DNA of 64,000 nt from Myxococcales bacterium. Its GTDB lineage: Bacteria; Myxococcota_A; Polyangia; Polyangiales; Polyangiaceae. Positions within the stretch are counted from its first letter, which is position 1, and each line of letters opens with the position of its first letter. The stretch is taken from positions 32,001-96,000 of the forward strand of contig JAYTOU010000060.1 in NCBI GenBank assembly GCA_043747615.1. The letters run 5' to 3'. This document shows positions 21,234 to 30,739 of this stretch, piece by piece. Below the pieces are notes generated by a model that worked only from the letters and a program-made list of their open reading frames with translations, was not told the DNA's origin and did no database searches. The position numbers and the translations under genes are program-made.

Positions 21234-23023
21234 ACTTCGTGCTCATGCTCGCCGCGCTCATCCTCCCGGGATTGGGAATCGAGCTAACCCTTCAGCGCCA
21301 CTCGCCCGGCGCCTTCGTGCGGACGATCCGCGCGTTTCTTCTGTCGCTCGCGTTTTGGCCGCTGGCGATTTTCGCGACCCGCTGGTCCGTCGTTTCTCTA
21401 ACCGTGCTGGCCTGGGGCGGTGTCGCGTTCGGCGCGCTCCTCAGCGCACGAGCGCTCGTCCGAAGTGGAAGGATCCGCATCGACGCGCGTGAAGTGTGGC
21501 CCGTTGCGGCGTTTCTCGGACTGTGCGCAGCGCATCTCCTTCCGGCTACGGAATGGCTCGCCGCGCCGGGCGCCGACATGTCGATGCACACCTTCATGAC
21601 CCGGCTGATCGTCGAGGGGGGCCGACTCCCCACGAGCTACGAGCCGATTTATCCGATCCACGATTTTGGTTCGTACGCCGCGGGTTTGCCGTCCACGGCC
21701 GCTGTGCTCACCGTCCTCACCGGCTGGTCCGTCCAGAAAACGAGTCTCATCGTGAGCCTGCTTGCCTACCCGGCGCTCGCAGGCGCGCTGTCTTTGGTGG
21801 CGGTGCGGTTCGTCGGACCAAGCGCTGCGCTCCTGGCCGCGTGGCTCATCGAGACGACGAGCGAGACCCACGCATTTCTCCTGTGGGGCGGAAATCCTAC
21901 GGTGCTTTCGTTTGCACTGGCGTTCGCCGCGATGGCGCCGCTCGTCAACTTCCAGAAGGGCGAAGGCGTTCGAAAGAGCGGAGGCATCTTTTTTCCACTG
22001 CTCGCGGTGGGGGCGGGCCTCGTTCACATCATTCCCCTGATCGCCATGGCCTACGCGCTGCCGGTCCCCGCGCTCATGTGGGTTTTTTGGGTGCCTCGCG
22101 CCGAGCGGTGGAGGCTCGTGCGCTCGTGGATCGCGCTCCTTGGATTCGCCGCAGTCTTGCTTGCCCTCCCCTACGTTCTCGGCGCTCACCCTCACGTCTC
22201 GACTCACGAGCTGCAGTGGGTCCTGCGGTGGCAGCGAGCGAACGAGCACGCGTACGACGGCACCTGGCGGGATTTCGCCTGGACCATCTGGCCTTACGCG
22301 TTTCGGCACATGGAGTGGGGAATCGCGGTTGGCGGCGTCGCTGTAGGCGCACAAATTTGGATCCGTGATCGGCGCCAGCTCCCGTGGATAGCATTCGGGC
22401 TCGGCGCGCTGCTCCTCACACTGAACTCCCGCTACTGGATTCTGCCCGCCTCGCCGGCGCTCTATCCGGAGCGCATGCTGAGGCTTCTCCTCGCTCCGAT
22501 GTGCGCGGTGACCGCCGCGGCCTTTGCTGCAGTGGGGAAAAGAATCCGCGCGTGGACCTTTGGGCGTCACGGTTGGAGCATCGTGCTCGTGGGAAGTCCT
22601 CTCCTCGTGTGGTCGATGTCGCGTCCGTACCTCGCCATGACTCGAGCGGGCGAACGGGTGACGGTGACCGCGAATGATCTCGAGCTGATGGATTGGATGA
22701 ACCGTAATCTCCCGCGCGACGCGGTGGTCGCAAACAACTACGGAGACGCAGGCCCCTGGATTCCAGCGCTCGCATTTCGCGCGGCGACGCACCCACACAG
22801 CAATCCATTTTACTTCGACGAGATCGACGAGTGGCGTTTGCGCACCGCTCCTACGTATTTATTTCTCGGTGAGAAGACGTTTTACGACGTTCAATACAAG
22901 CGTGACGCGGTGCTCGGCTCGCCCGCCGACTACCGACAGATTCGCAGCGCGGGGGCCGCCCTCCTCTTCATGATCGTGAATCCGCGACCAGCCGCGCCGA
23001 CGGAAAGCTGGATGGGCAGGTGA
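21230..23023 (+). CDS. Polytopic membrane protein, probable GT-C-fold transferase (DUF6541-like)
   Basis: More than 12 hydrophobic segments; loop GADMSMH; C-terminal soluble domain WMNRNLPRDAVVANNYGDAGPWIPAL. Confidence 0.65.
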   Translation: MNFVLMLAALILPGLGIELTLQRHSPGAFVRTIRAFLLSLAFWPLAIFATRWSVVSLTVLAWGGVAFGALLSARALVRSGRIRIDAREVWPVAAFLGLCAAHLLPATEWLAAPGADMSMHTFMTRLIVEGGRLPTSYEPIYPIHDFGSYAAGLPSTAAVLTVLTGWSVQKTSLIVSLLAYPALAGALSLVAVRFVGPSAALLAAWLIETTSETHAFLLWGGNPTVLSFALAFAAMAPLVNFQKGEGVRKSGGIFFPLLAVGAGLVHIIPLIAMAYALPVPALMWVFWVPRAERWRLVRSWIALLGFAAVLLALPYVLGAHPHVSTHELQWVLRWQRANEHAYDGTWRDFAWTIWPYAFRHMEWGIAVGGVAVGAQIWIRDRRQLPWIAFGLGALLLTLNSRYWILPASPALYPERMLRLLLAPMCAVTAAAFAAVGKRIRAWTFGRHGWSIVLVGSPLLVWSMSRPYLAMTRAGERVTVTANDLELMDWMNRNLPRDAVVANNYGDAGPWIPALAFRAATHPHSNPFYFDEIDEWRLRTAPTYLFLGEKTFYDVQYKRDAVLGSPADYRQIRSAGAALLFMIVNPRPAAPTESWMGR

Positions 23024-23161
23024 CGTACGATGCTGCGCCGCGTCAGGGAGTGATGCAGGGGCCATGGCTCGATTGGGTTTCCGCTCCGTCCAACGTTTTT
23101 TAGACTTTCCGCACGGAAGAGCTGAAACTTGGCGCTAACGCCTAAATAGGGGGTTTTTCAC

Positions 23162-23773
23162 ATGAGACTAGGTTCTTTTGTCGGTTCGTTGATGCTGGCG
23201 TTCGCAAGCACCGCGCAGGCACAGTCTGCTCCGTCCGGTGCACCGCCGGTCGCCGCTTCCACACCGGCCGCGTCGCCGGTAGGAGCCGCGGAAGGTGCTG
23301 GGCCCGAAGCAAAGGACGGCCTCCGCTTCCGCGGCGGTATCTCTTTGGGAGGCGGTCTCGAGACGGTCTCCATTGCTTCCGGACCGATGGTCGGAGTCGA
23401 CGGGAGGCTCGGCGTGCAGGTGAACAACCTCCTCGCGATCTATGCGCAGCCGCACCTTTCGTTCGGCTCGCTGAGCGCCAGCGCCGGTGGCACCACGGTT
23501 TCAGGGGCAACAGGCACCTTTGCGGTCGCGGCCATGGCGGATGTCACCTTGATCGACCACCTCTTCGTCGGCGCGGGCTTCGGTTACGGCATCCTCAACA
23601 ACCCGAAAGGCCCCATGTTTCAGGCGCGTCTGGGGGGGTACCCGCTGATGACCCGCGGGGAGAACGGCATTCGCCGCAAGGGGCTGATGATCGGCGGCGA
23701 CTTCCGCTCGATCTTCATCACCGGGGCAACGGGCATCATGCTCATGGCCGCGATCGGATACGAGGCGTTCTAA
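23162..23773 (+). CDS. Exported protein, probable small outer-membrane beta-barrel
   Basis: Signal peptide AQA-Q; alternating Gly/hydrophobic strands; terminal IGYEAF. Confidence 0.75.
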   Translation: MRLGSFVGSLMLAFASTAQAQSAPSGAPPVAASTPAASPVGAAEGAGPEAKDGLRFRGGISLGGGLETVSIASGPMVGVDGRLGVQVNNLLAIYAQPHLSFGSLSASAGGTTVSGATGTFAVAAMADVTLIDHLFVGAGFGYGILNNPKGPMFQARLGGYPLMTRGENGIRRKGLMIGGDFRSIFITGATGIMLMAAIGYEAF

Positions 23774-23898
23774 ACCGCACGTCCCCTGCGGTTCCTCCTG
23801 GCGAGCCCGCTTCAAACGCCGACTAGCCACCTTCGCGCTGCGCCGAAGGAAGGTTCGGTTACCGTCGGCGTAAGAAGCAAGACTCGCAAGGAGACTTC

Positions 23899-25431
23899 AT
23901 GGGACTGCTCGATTCGATGTTCGGTGGTGGTACGCGCCTGGAGCTCACGCTCGACACGGCGACGGCTTCTCCTGGGAGCGTCATCGGCGGGCGCATCGTC
24001 CTTTTTGGCGGCCAAAAACCGCTGACCGTGACCGAGTGCGGCGTACGCCTTCTCTTCGTCTCGACGAAGACGCGTCCCGACTCGGCGCTGCCGGAGATCA
24101 TCGCCAAAGACGTTGCCAAGCAGATCGTGGCCGGCGGAATCGCGCTGATGCCCGGGTCGCAGCAGGTCTACACGTTTCGCCTCTCCGTCCCGGACGATCT
24201 GCCCACCTCGGGTACGGGCGTGTCATTCACCGTCCTCGCCTTCGCCGACATTCCAGGCATCAAGGACCCGAGCGCGTCGGTCGAGATCCGGGTGGTCGAT
24301 GCCTCCAAAGACAAGGGCCGGCGCATCTCGCTCGACGACGTCATCGCGCGCTTTCCGAACCTTCATAGCCGCGACGAAGAGCCGCTGTGCGATGCGCTCA
24401 ACGATTTCTTTCTCGCCTGTTATTCCGAAGGCGGCGAGCTCATGGAAGCTGAGCCGCTCGTGTCGTGGCACATGCAAAACGGAACCGTGAAGGTGCGGCG
24501 CAAGGCCCTGGAGGCATGGGCCAACCTCGTTGACAACCGCGTGCAGCCCCACCACTTGCAGACGCTCTACGCGTTCGCGAACTTGCCGGGGCTCGACGCG
24601 GACACCTTCGAGCAGGTCGTCGTCGCCTCCACGAAATTTGCGGAAGAAGGCGCGCTCACCTTGGTGCAGCAGTTCGCGCAAAACCCGAGCGCAACGGTGC
24701 GCGAGCAGGTTGCGTCGAACCTCCGTTTCAACTCCGCCGAGAAGTTCAACGGCAAGCGCGAGCTCTTGGTGCAGCTCGCCCAAGACCAAGCACCCGAGGT
24801 GCGCAAAGCCGCGATCGGCGCTCTCACTTGCTACAACGACGATCAGCAGATCGTCTACTGGGTCGCAAACCTCAGCGACTCCGATCCGGACGTCGAGGTG
24901 AAGGGGCAGTGCATCTCTTCGCTTGCCCTCGCGCACCACCACGGCATGGGCGAGGTCTCTCTCGCCGTCTACGAGAAGCACTCCGCCAACGAGAGCCCCG
25001 CCGTCCGCAAGATGGTCGCGCGGAACCTCTCGAACCAGCCGAAGCCCGCCATCCAGCGCATTTGGGGAATTGCCCAGCGCCTCGCGCAGGACCCCGACCA
25101 AGACGTGCGCAGCACCCTCGCCTTCGAGTTTCGCAACATGACGGACATGCCGCAGCTGCTCCCGATCGTACAGGGAATGGCGCAGAACGATCCTTCTTCG
25201 GAAGTTCGCAAGGACGCTCTCGGCGGCATGGCAGCCTTGATGCCGCCCGCGCATGTCGCCCAGTATTTCGGCCAGATGATGCAGGCGGCGCAGAGCGAGG
25301 ACGATCAACACACCGTCCTCAACGCCATTTGCCAACACAGCGAGAACGCGCAGATCAAGCAGCTGCTCACGCACCTCGGCCAGTCGCCGTATCCGAGCGT
25401 CGCGCAGGCTGCCCGCGAAGCCCTGAGCTGA
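23899..25431 (+). CDS. Spo0M/arrestin-like N-terminal domain fused to HEAT repeats
   Basis: AAGGAG RBS; GGGTRLELTLD...PGSVIGGRIVLFGG N-terminus; repeated D..VR..A..AL units. Confidence 0.75.
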   Translation: MGLLDSMFGGGTRLELTLDTATASPGSVIGGRIVLFGGQKPLTVTECGVRLLFVSTKTRPDSALPEIIAKDVAKQIVAGGIALMPGSQQVYTFRLSVPDDLPTSGTGVSFTVLAFADIPGIKDPSASVEIRVVDASKDKGRRISLDDVIARFPNLHSRDEEPLCDALNDFFLACYSEGGELMEAEPLVSWHMQNGTVKVRRKALEAWANLVDNRVQPHHLQTLYAFANLPGLDADTFEQVVVASTKFAEEGALTLVQQFAQNPSATVREQVASNLRFNSAEKFNGKRELLVQLAQDQAPEVRKAAIGALTCYNDDQQIVYWVANLSDSDPDVEVKGQCISSLALAHHHGMGEVSLAVYEKHSANESPAVRKMVARNLSNQPKPAIQRIWGIAQRLAQDPDQDVRSTLAFEFRNMTDMPQLLPIVQGMAQNDPSSEVRKDALGGMAALMPPAHVAQYFGQMMQAAQSEDDQHTVLNAICQHSENAQIKQLLTHLGQSPYPSVAQAAREALS

Positions 25432-25458
25432 GGACGACGCGCGTCTAGCCTCGTCCGT

Positions 25459-26412
25459 TCAGAGCGTGAGTGAGAAGGTCACGACGAGGCCTTGACCAAG
25501 CGGTACGACGGCTACGGGGGGAGGCACGTTTTTTCGCGGAAGAATCACGGCGATGACGGCCGCGCCAATGCCCGTCGCCAGCGCAGCCGTGCTGATCCAG
25601 GCAAAGGTTCGGGCGCTCGAAGCGGCGTCTTTGCCGGCAGGATCGGGGCAGTAGTTACGGTCCGTCGCGCACAGGTGTTTGTAGGTCGACTGACGCTCCA
25701 GCGCGACGAGGCCCGTCACGGCCGCTCCGATGAGCGCGCCGACCGCCACGCCGCCCGCAACGTAGGACGCGGTGCTCAGGGTTTTCTTTTCCACCACAAT
25801 CGCAGTTGGCAAGGGCGCCGGCACGACCGACACCTGATCCGGCTGAGCGACGGCGAGCGCGGGCAGCAGAAGCTCGAGCCGTTCGCCTTCCGCAAGCGCT
25901 CCCTCCCATGCCCACGGCGTCCGCCCCGGAGCCCCTGCGTTTGCGCGATGGCGACCCGGATCGAGCGGCACAGGAACCCCCAGGGCAGCGGCCCCGAGCG
26001 ACGCGCCGTCAACCTCTACGTGAAGCCCGACGACGGCCTCTGCGGGCGGCACCAACGTCAGCTTCGGGAGGCGCGGCGTCACTGCTTCCAGGTGCTCGCG
26101 CGCCGTCTGCTCGCGGTCCTTGCGACCGTCTCGCATGGCGACGCTGAGCGCGTGATTGAGCTCTTGCCACGCTGTTGCGACCTTCCCCTCTTGCTCGTGG
26201 CACACCGCGAGATTGAGAAGCGTGCCTCCCCCCGGGTCGAGGCGCTGGCTCTCGGCGAACATGGGACAAGCGCGCCCAAGATCGCGTTTTTGGACGAGCG
26301 TTCGTGCTTCGTCGAAGAGCGATTGCGCGAGCTGCTTGTCGGTCGCCGTCTGCGCAAAGGCCACGGATGGCGCGAAAAGAGCCGCAAGCAGCACCAGCGC
26401 GACTCGCTTCAC
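25459..26412 (-). CDS. Exported TPR + PEGA-like protein (second family member)
   Basis: Signal peptide; ACPMFAESQRLDPGGGTLLNLAVCHE; VEVDG...LDPGRH; C-terminal hydrophobic helices, ends VVTFSLTL. Confidence 0.85.
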   Translation of the reverse strand: MKRVALVLLAALFAPSVAFAQTATDKQLAQSLFDEARTLVQKRDLGRACPMFAESQRLDPGGGTLLNLAVCHEQEGKVATAWQELNHALSVAMRDGRKDREQTAREHLEAVTPRLPKLTLVPPAEAVVGLHVEVDGASLGAAALGVPVPLDPGRHRANAGAPGRTPWAWEGALAEGERLELLLPALAVAQPDQVSVVPAPLPTAIVVEKKTLSTASYVAGGVAVGALIGAAVTGLVALERQSTYKHLCATDRNYCPDPAGKDAASSARTFAWISTAALATGIGAAVIAVILPRKNVPPPVAVVPLGQGLVVTFSLTL

Positions 26413-26482
26413 GCGCGAAGCATAACCCAAGGGGTGCCCGCGCGACTGGCCTACGTTCGCCCCGCGCGCTAGACAGGCCCGG

Positions 26483-28330
26483 GTGCGACGCCTCTTTCTG
26501 CTCCTGGCCATTTCGTGCGGAGCCCCCGCGTCGCCTCCTGCAGACGGCGTGGCCTCCGCCCTCACCTGCGGTCCCCGCATGCGACCCGTGGCGGGCGACG
26601 GTAGCTGCGTTCCCGTCGGAACGACAGACGCTCCAGACGGCTTTGTCCCCGATGGTGCATGGGGCTTTCGCGCGAACATCCCCGCCGCTCCGTGCACGGG
26701 AGCGATGATCGCCCTTCTCGGCAGCGAAGCTTGTCAGGCGATCGACGACTGCGCGCTACCCTTTCCGCCCGCGGAGGCCACGGTGGCCGTTCGGACGGCA
26801 GCCACGCCTTATGCGGATCGGCCAGACGTCACGGTCGTCACGACGCTCGCGGAAGCGCTGACGAAGGCCGCGGCCGGCGCCACCATCGCGATCGACGAAG
26901 GAGAGTTTGCGACTCCCCCCCTTCTGACTCAATCGGTCAACATCGTCGGTCGCTGCGCAGGTCGCACGTCTCTCCTCGGCCCGGATTTCGGCGTGCGGAT
27001 CGACACCGCCATCAAGGTGAGCTTCAGATCGGTGGGCTTCACCGGAGCACCGAAAGTCGCGCTCCTCCTCAACGGCCACTCGGTCACGACCCTCGATCGC
27101 GTCTACGTCCACGGAGCGGGAAACGGCGTCGACGTGGGCAACGGATCCAAGCTCACGGTGAGCCGCAGTGTTTTCGAGGGGCCGCTCGTGGCGAGCAATC
27201 CGAACGCCGCAACGAACGGCATCCAAGCGGTCTACGACGGGCACATCATGCTCACCGAGGTCGAGCTCCGCGGCTACCAACTCTCCATAGAAGCAGAGAG
27301 CGTCGGCACCGACATTTCGATCTCGAAGAGCGTCGTCCACGAGCAGCGCGCGCTCAAAGCCGAGAAGGAAGCGCTCTCGCAGATTGGCGTGTTTTTGGGC
27401 GCCCACGTAGGCGTCGTCGCGAGCCACATCGAGTCCGCTCCTGGGCGGATCGCGTTCGTGGGGGCTGCGCGCCTGGACGGCGTCAACGATCCGACCTCGC
27501 CTGGAAACCCGCCCGCGTCCCTTACCGTTTCCGGCAGCACTCTCCTTCATGCCCTCATTCCGCGCGAAGCGGGGAGCGCGATCGATCTCGTCGGGGGAGC
27601 GTCTCTCAACCTCGACAACGTCAGCTTGCGCCACGACTCGTTCGTCGCGATCGGCGCGTCGGAGGGCTCGAGCGTGAGGATCCGAAGCTCCGTGATCCAG
27701 ACCGCGTCGAGCACGGACAACGCGCGCACGGGCGTCTATGCGCTGTCGGGCGCGAAGCTGACCGTCGACTCGTCGGCCATCGTCGGCGCGTCCCAATTTG
27801 CCGTGGTCCTCGGCGGGGCGAGCACCGCGACCATCTCGAGCTCCCTCATTTCCGGCACGCGCGAGATTGGCCGAGCGGATTTCGGATCGTTCATGGGCGC
27901 AGCGCAGGCTCTGTCGATCGGACCGGGGGGGCAAGCCACGCTGAACGACACGGCCTTCGTCGCCAACGAGGGCACGGCCGTATTTCTCGATGGCGCGACG
28001 GTCGAGCTCAATCGCGCGGTCCTGTCGACGACGCACGCATCGTCCTTCGGCCCCTTCACGGCGGCGGTCACCGGCGTGGACGCCGTCGTCGCCATCCGCA
28101 ACTCAGCGCTCGCCAAGAACGACCTCGCGCTCGCTCTGCGCCGCGGACGCACCCTCCTTCGCGACAGCTCCGTGACCGATCACCGCGAGGCGATGCGGCT
28201 CGAAGGCCTTACCTTGGTTCAGACCAACGACGCGGTCGAGGATCCCGTCGACACCCACGTCGTCGCCGCCCGAACCAACTTTGCGCGAAACGCCGTCCTC
28301 GTGAGCTCCAAGTCCTTCACTGGCGAATAG
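26483..28330 (+). CDS. Lipoprotein with right-handed parallel beta-helix repeats
   Basis: LAISC lipobox; TLAEAL..AAAGATIAIDEG cap motif; repeated G..LTVS.S units. Confidence 0.78.
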   Translation: MRRLFLLLAISCGAPASPPADGVASALTCGPRMRPVAGDGSCVPVGTTDAPDGFVPDGAWGFRANIPAAPCTGAMIALLGSEACQAIDDCALPFPPAEATVAVRTAATPYADRPDVTVVTTLAEALTKAAAGATIAIDEGEFATPPLLTQSVNIVGRCAGRTSLLGPDFGVRIDTAIKVSFRSVGFTGAPKVALLLNGHSVTTLDRVYVHGAGNGVDVGNGSKLTVSRSVFEGPLVASNPNAATNGIQAVYDGHIMLTEVELRGYQLSIEAESVGTDISISKSVVHEQRALKAEKEALSQIGVFLGAHVGVVASHIESAPGRIAFVGAARLDGVNDPTSPGNPPASLTVSGSTLLHALIPREAGSAIDLVGGASLNLDNVSLRHDSFVAIGASEGSSVRIRSSVIQTASSTDNARTGVYALSGAKLTVDSSAIVGASQFAVVLGGASTATISSSLISGTREIGRADFGSFMGAAQALSIGPGGQATLNDTAFVANEGTAVFLDGATVELNRAVLSTTHASSFGPFTAAVTGVDAVVAIRNSALAKNDLALALRRGRTLLRDSSVTDHREAMRLEGLTLVQTNDAVEDPVDTHVVAARTNFARNAVLVSSKSFTGE

Positions 28331-29033
28331 AGCACGAGGAGACCTGCGCCGTGCCGCTCGGGCAGGCAAGCTGATCCTTGTTGCACACCGCCACCTCGCG
28401 TTCCCCAACCGTGCACGCCCGCGCACGACACTGGCAACGATCTTCGACCGCGCAACAATGCGGCCCTCGGCACTCCTCCGCGGTGGTCGAATCCAAGTTG
28501 TCACCGAGGACGCAGTTGCAGCCGTCGGAGGTCGGGACACACGTCACGGCGTTGCACGCGCACTCCAGCGCGGGGCCCGGCCAGGCACTCGGAGCGCAGC
28601 AGCGCGTTCGCGGATAAGTGACGCTCGTGCACGCAAGATCGTTCGCCGCGCTGCTCGTCTGGCAGCTGCACGCGAGGCCCGGCGAGACGAATGAGTCGGT
28701 GCAGCGCGTCTGACTAAGCCCGACCTTCGTGTAGCAAAGAGCGGCGCACTTCGTGGTCAGGCATGTGGCGACGTCGGAAGCCGGAATGCGATCGCAGGCG
28801 GCGTCCCCCGAGGAAGCGCACTCCTCCAGTGATCCAAGGACGCTCGCGTTGGCGCACGCGGCATTGATCGCGGTCGCGCAGCGCGCAAGCAGGCACATGC
28901 CGCAGGCGGTATTTTCCCCCTGGAACACGCAGCGGTCGCCGACCTCTCGCGGCGAGACCAAAAGGATGCAGCCGCCTAGGCACGCAGCGATGCCGAGCAC
29001 GATCAGGTTCCGACCGAGAGCTCTGGAAAGCAC
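28317..29033 (-). CDS. Cys-rich lipoprotein
   Basis: LGGC lipobox; dense Cys content; TAGCGT 8 nt upstream of GTG. Confidence 0.78.
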   Translation of the reverse strand: MLSRALGRNLIVLGIAACLGGCILLVSPREVGDRCVFQGENTACGMCLLARCATAINAACANASVLGSLEECASSGDAACDRIPASDVATCLTTKCAALCYTKVGLSQTRCTDSFVSPGLACSCQTSSAANDLACTSVTYPRTRCCAPSAWPGPALECACNAVTCVPTSDGCNCVLGDNLDSTTAEECRGPHCCAVEDRCQCRARACTVGEREVAVCNKDQLACPSGTAQVSSCSIRQ

Positions 29034-29039
29034 AGGTCA

Positions 29040-30026
29040 TCACGCTAACACTATTTTTTCCTGGCCGACGCGCTCGGAGCCGCAGCTCGCAGGTGATGTA
29101 CTCGTCGCGCGCAGCCGCATCGCATCCGTGCCGCGCGAGATCCATACACGCGTTCGCTCGTTGCAAGGCCACACGCGTGTCTCCCCCTTGCCCGTCTCGC
29201 GCGTTGCGGGCTCGCCCACCAGGTAGTCCGAGCCCGTTCTACCGAACACCGCGCGACGTCGACCGGACCACGTGCGGGCACGCCTCACGTCGTTCGCGAT
29301 GGCGATCCATTCGTTGAACGACGCGTGAAGCATGTCTTTCTTCACGAGCGGCTTGGTGAGGCCATAGACGACCTGCTCCTCTTCGAGCTCGAACGTCCCG
29401 AAGATTCGGTCCCACACGATCAGGATACCCGCGTAGTTCTTGTCGATGTACTGCGGATTCGAGCCGTGGTGGACGCGGTGGTGTGACGGCGTGTTGAGCA
29501 CCCACTCGAGGAGCCCGAGCTTTCGCACGAGCTCGGTGTGAATCCCGTACTGGTAGATGAGGCTGATGGAGTGCGCCGCGAGGACCATCTCCGGGCGAAA
29601 ACCGAGGAGAGGCAGCGGGAGCCAAAAGATCGTGAGCAGCGGCTCCGTCCACGGCTGACGGAGGGCGGTCGTCAGGGTGTACTGCTCGCTGGAGTGGTGA
29701 GCCTCGTGCGTGGCCCAGAAGAAGCGAATCTCGTGCGACGCTCGGTGCGCCCAATAGAAGATGAAGTCGTCGGCCAGGAGCGCGAGCGGCCACAGGTACC
29801 AAGCGCCACCAAGATCAAACAAGCGATGCTGGTAGAGCACTGTGAAGAGCGCGTAGCTGCCGCCTTGCAGGGCCAGGTTGATGAGCAAAAAGACGAGACC
29901 CATGCCCACGCTCCGCGCGCCGTCTTTCGCATCGAATCCCATGCCCCGCCGCTTCCGCAGCCACGCCTCGCACAGCAGGGTGACGAGGAAGAACGGGGCC
30001 GCGAACACCAAGAGGTAGGGCGACAT
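29040..30026 (-). CDS. Sterol desaturase/fatty acid hydroxylase family (alkylglycerol monooxygenase-like)
   Basis: His boxes YWAHRASH, HEAHHSS and HHRVHHG; DKNYAGILIVWDRIFGTF. Confidence 0.92.
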   Translation of the reverse strand: MSPYLLVFAAPFFLVTLLCEAWLRKRRGMGFDAKDGARSVGMGLVFLLINLALQGGSYALFTVLYQHRLFDLGGAWYLWPLALLADDFIFYWAHRASHEIRFFWATHEAHHSSEQYTLTTALRQPWTEPLLTIFWLPLPLLGFRPEMVLAAHSISLIYQYGIHTELVRKLGLLEWVLNTPSHHRVHHGSNPQYIDKNYAGILIVWDRIFGTFELEEEQVVYGLTKPLVKKDMLHASFNEWIAIANDVRRARTWSGRRRAVFGRTGSDYLVGEPATRETGKGETRVWPCNERTRVWISRGTDAMRLRATSTSPASCGSERVGQEKIVLA

Positions 30027-30048
30027 GCGGGGAGTGTGTCTTCTTATT

Positions 30049-30072
30049 TAAAAAGTGACAAGTCACTTTTTA
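30049..30072. promoter_or_regulatory. Palindromic operator, probably for the adjacent TetR
   Basis: TAAAAAGTGAC-AA-GTCACTTTTTA, perfect 11-bp arms, between the divergent desaturase and tetR genes. Confidence 0.85.
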
Positions 30073-30082
30073 CGCGCAGCCG

Positions 30083-30739
30083 GTGATTCCTGGTAAGGTG
30101 CTGATTTCTTTGAGCCCTCCCGTCCGACGAACCCAGGCCGACCGCCGCGCCACCACCCGCAAAGCGCTGCTCGACGCCACCATCGAGTGCCTGACGGCCG
30201 TGGGCTACGCGAAGACGACCACCACCGAGATCTCCTCGCGTGCTGGCGTCTCCCAGGGAGCGCTCTTCAAACATTTTTCCACCAAAGAGGCGCTTCTTTC
30301 GGCGGCGGCGGCCGACCTGTGCGCGGCCACGTTCCCGAAGTTCCGTCATGCCATGCGGAGCCACCGCGCCGGCAAGGATCCCATCGAGCGCGCTCTTCGT
30401 GGGCTTTGGTCCGTCTTCAAGACCGCCGAAGTTCGCGTCCTTCACGAGCTGTACACGGCGGCTCCGACCGAGCCTGCCCTCCGCGCTGCCCTCGTCCCCG
30501 TGCTCCGTCACCACCGTGAGAATATTCTCAGCGAGAGCAAGATCCTCTTTCCGGAGCTCGGCGCGATCCCCAACTTCGAGACCGCCGTGGACTTCGTGGT
30601 CACCGCCATGCAAGGGGCGGCGCTCGTCCTATTCGTGGGCGAAGACAAGAAGCGCGAGAAGGCATTTCTCGATGGGCTCGGACTCCTCGTCCGCGCGGCA
30701 CCCATGCTTCTCGGGGTTAGCTCACGGAGTGCCGGCTGA
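30083..30739 (+). CDS. TetR/AcrR-family regulator (start possibly TTG 30110)
   Basis: RRTQADRR..TRKALLDAT; HTH TTTEISSRAGVSQGALFKHFSTK. Confidence 0.92.
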   Translation: MIPGKVLISLSPPVRRTQADRRATTRKALLDATIECLTAVGYAKTTTTEISSRAGVSQGALFKHFSTKEALLSAAAADLCAATFPKFRHAMRSHRAGKDPIERALRGLWSVFKTAEVRVLHELYTAAPTEPALRAALVPVLRHHRENILSESKILFPELGAIPNFETAVDFVVTAMQGAALVLFVGEDKKREKAFLDGLGLLVRAAPMLLGVSSRSAG

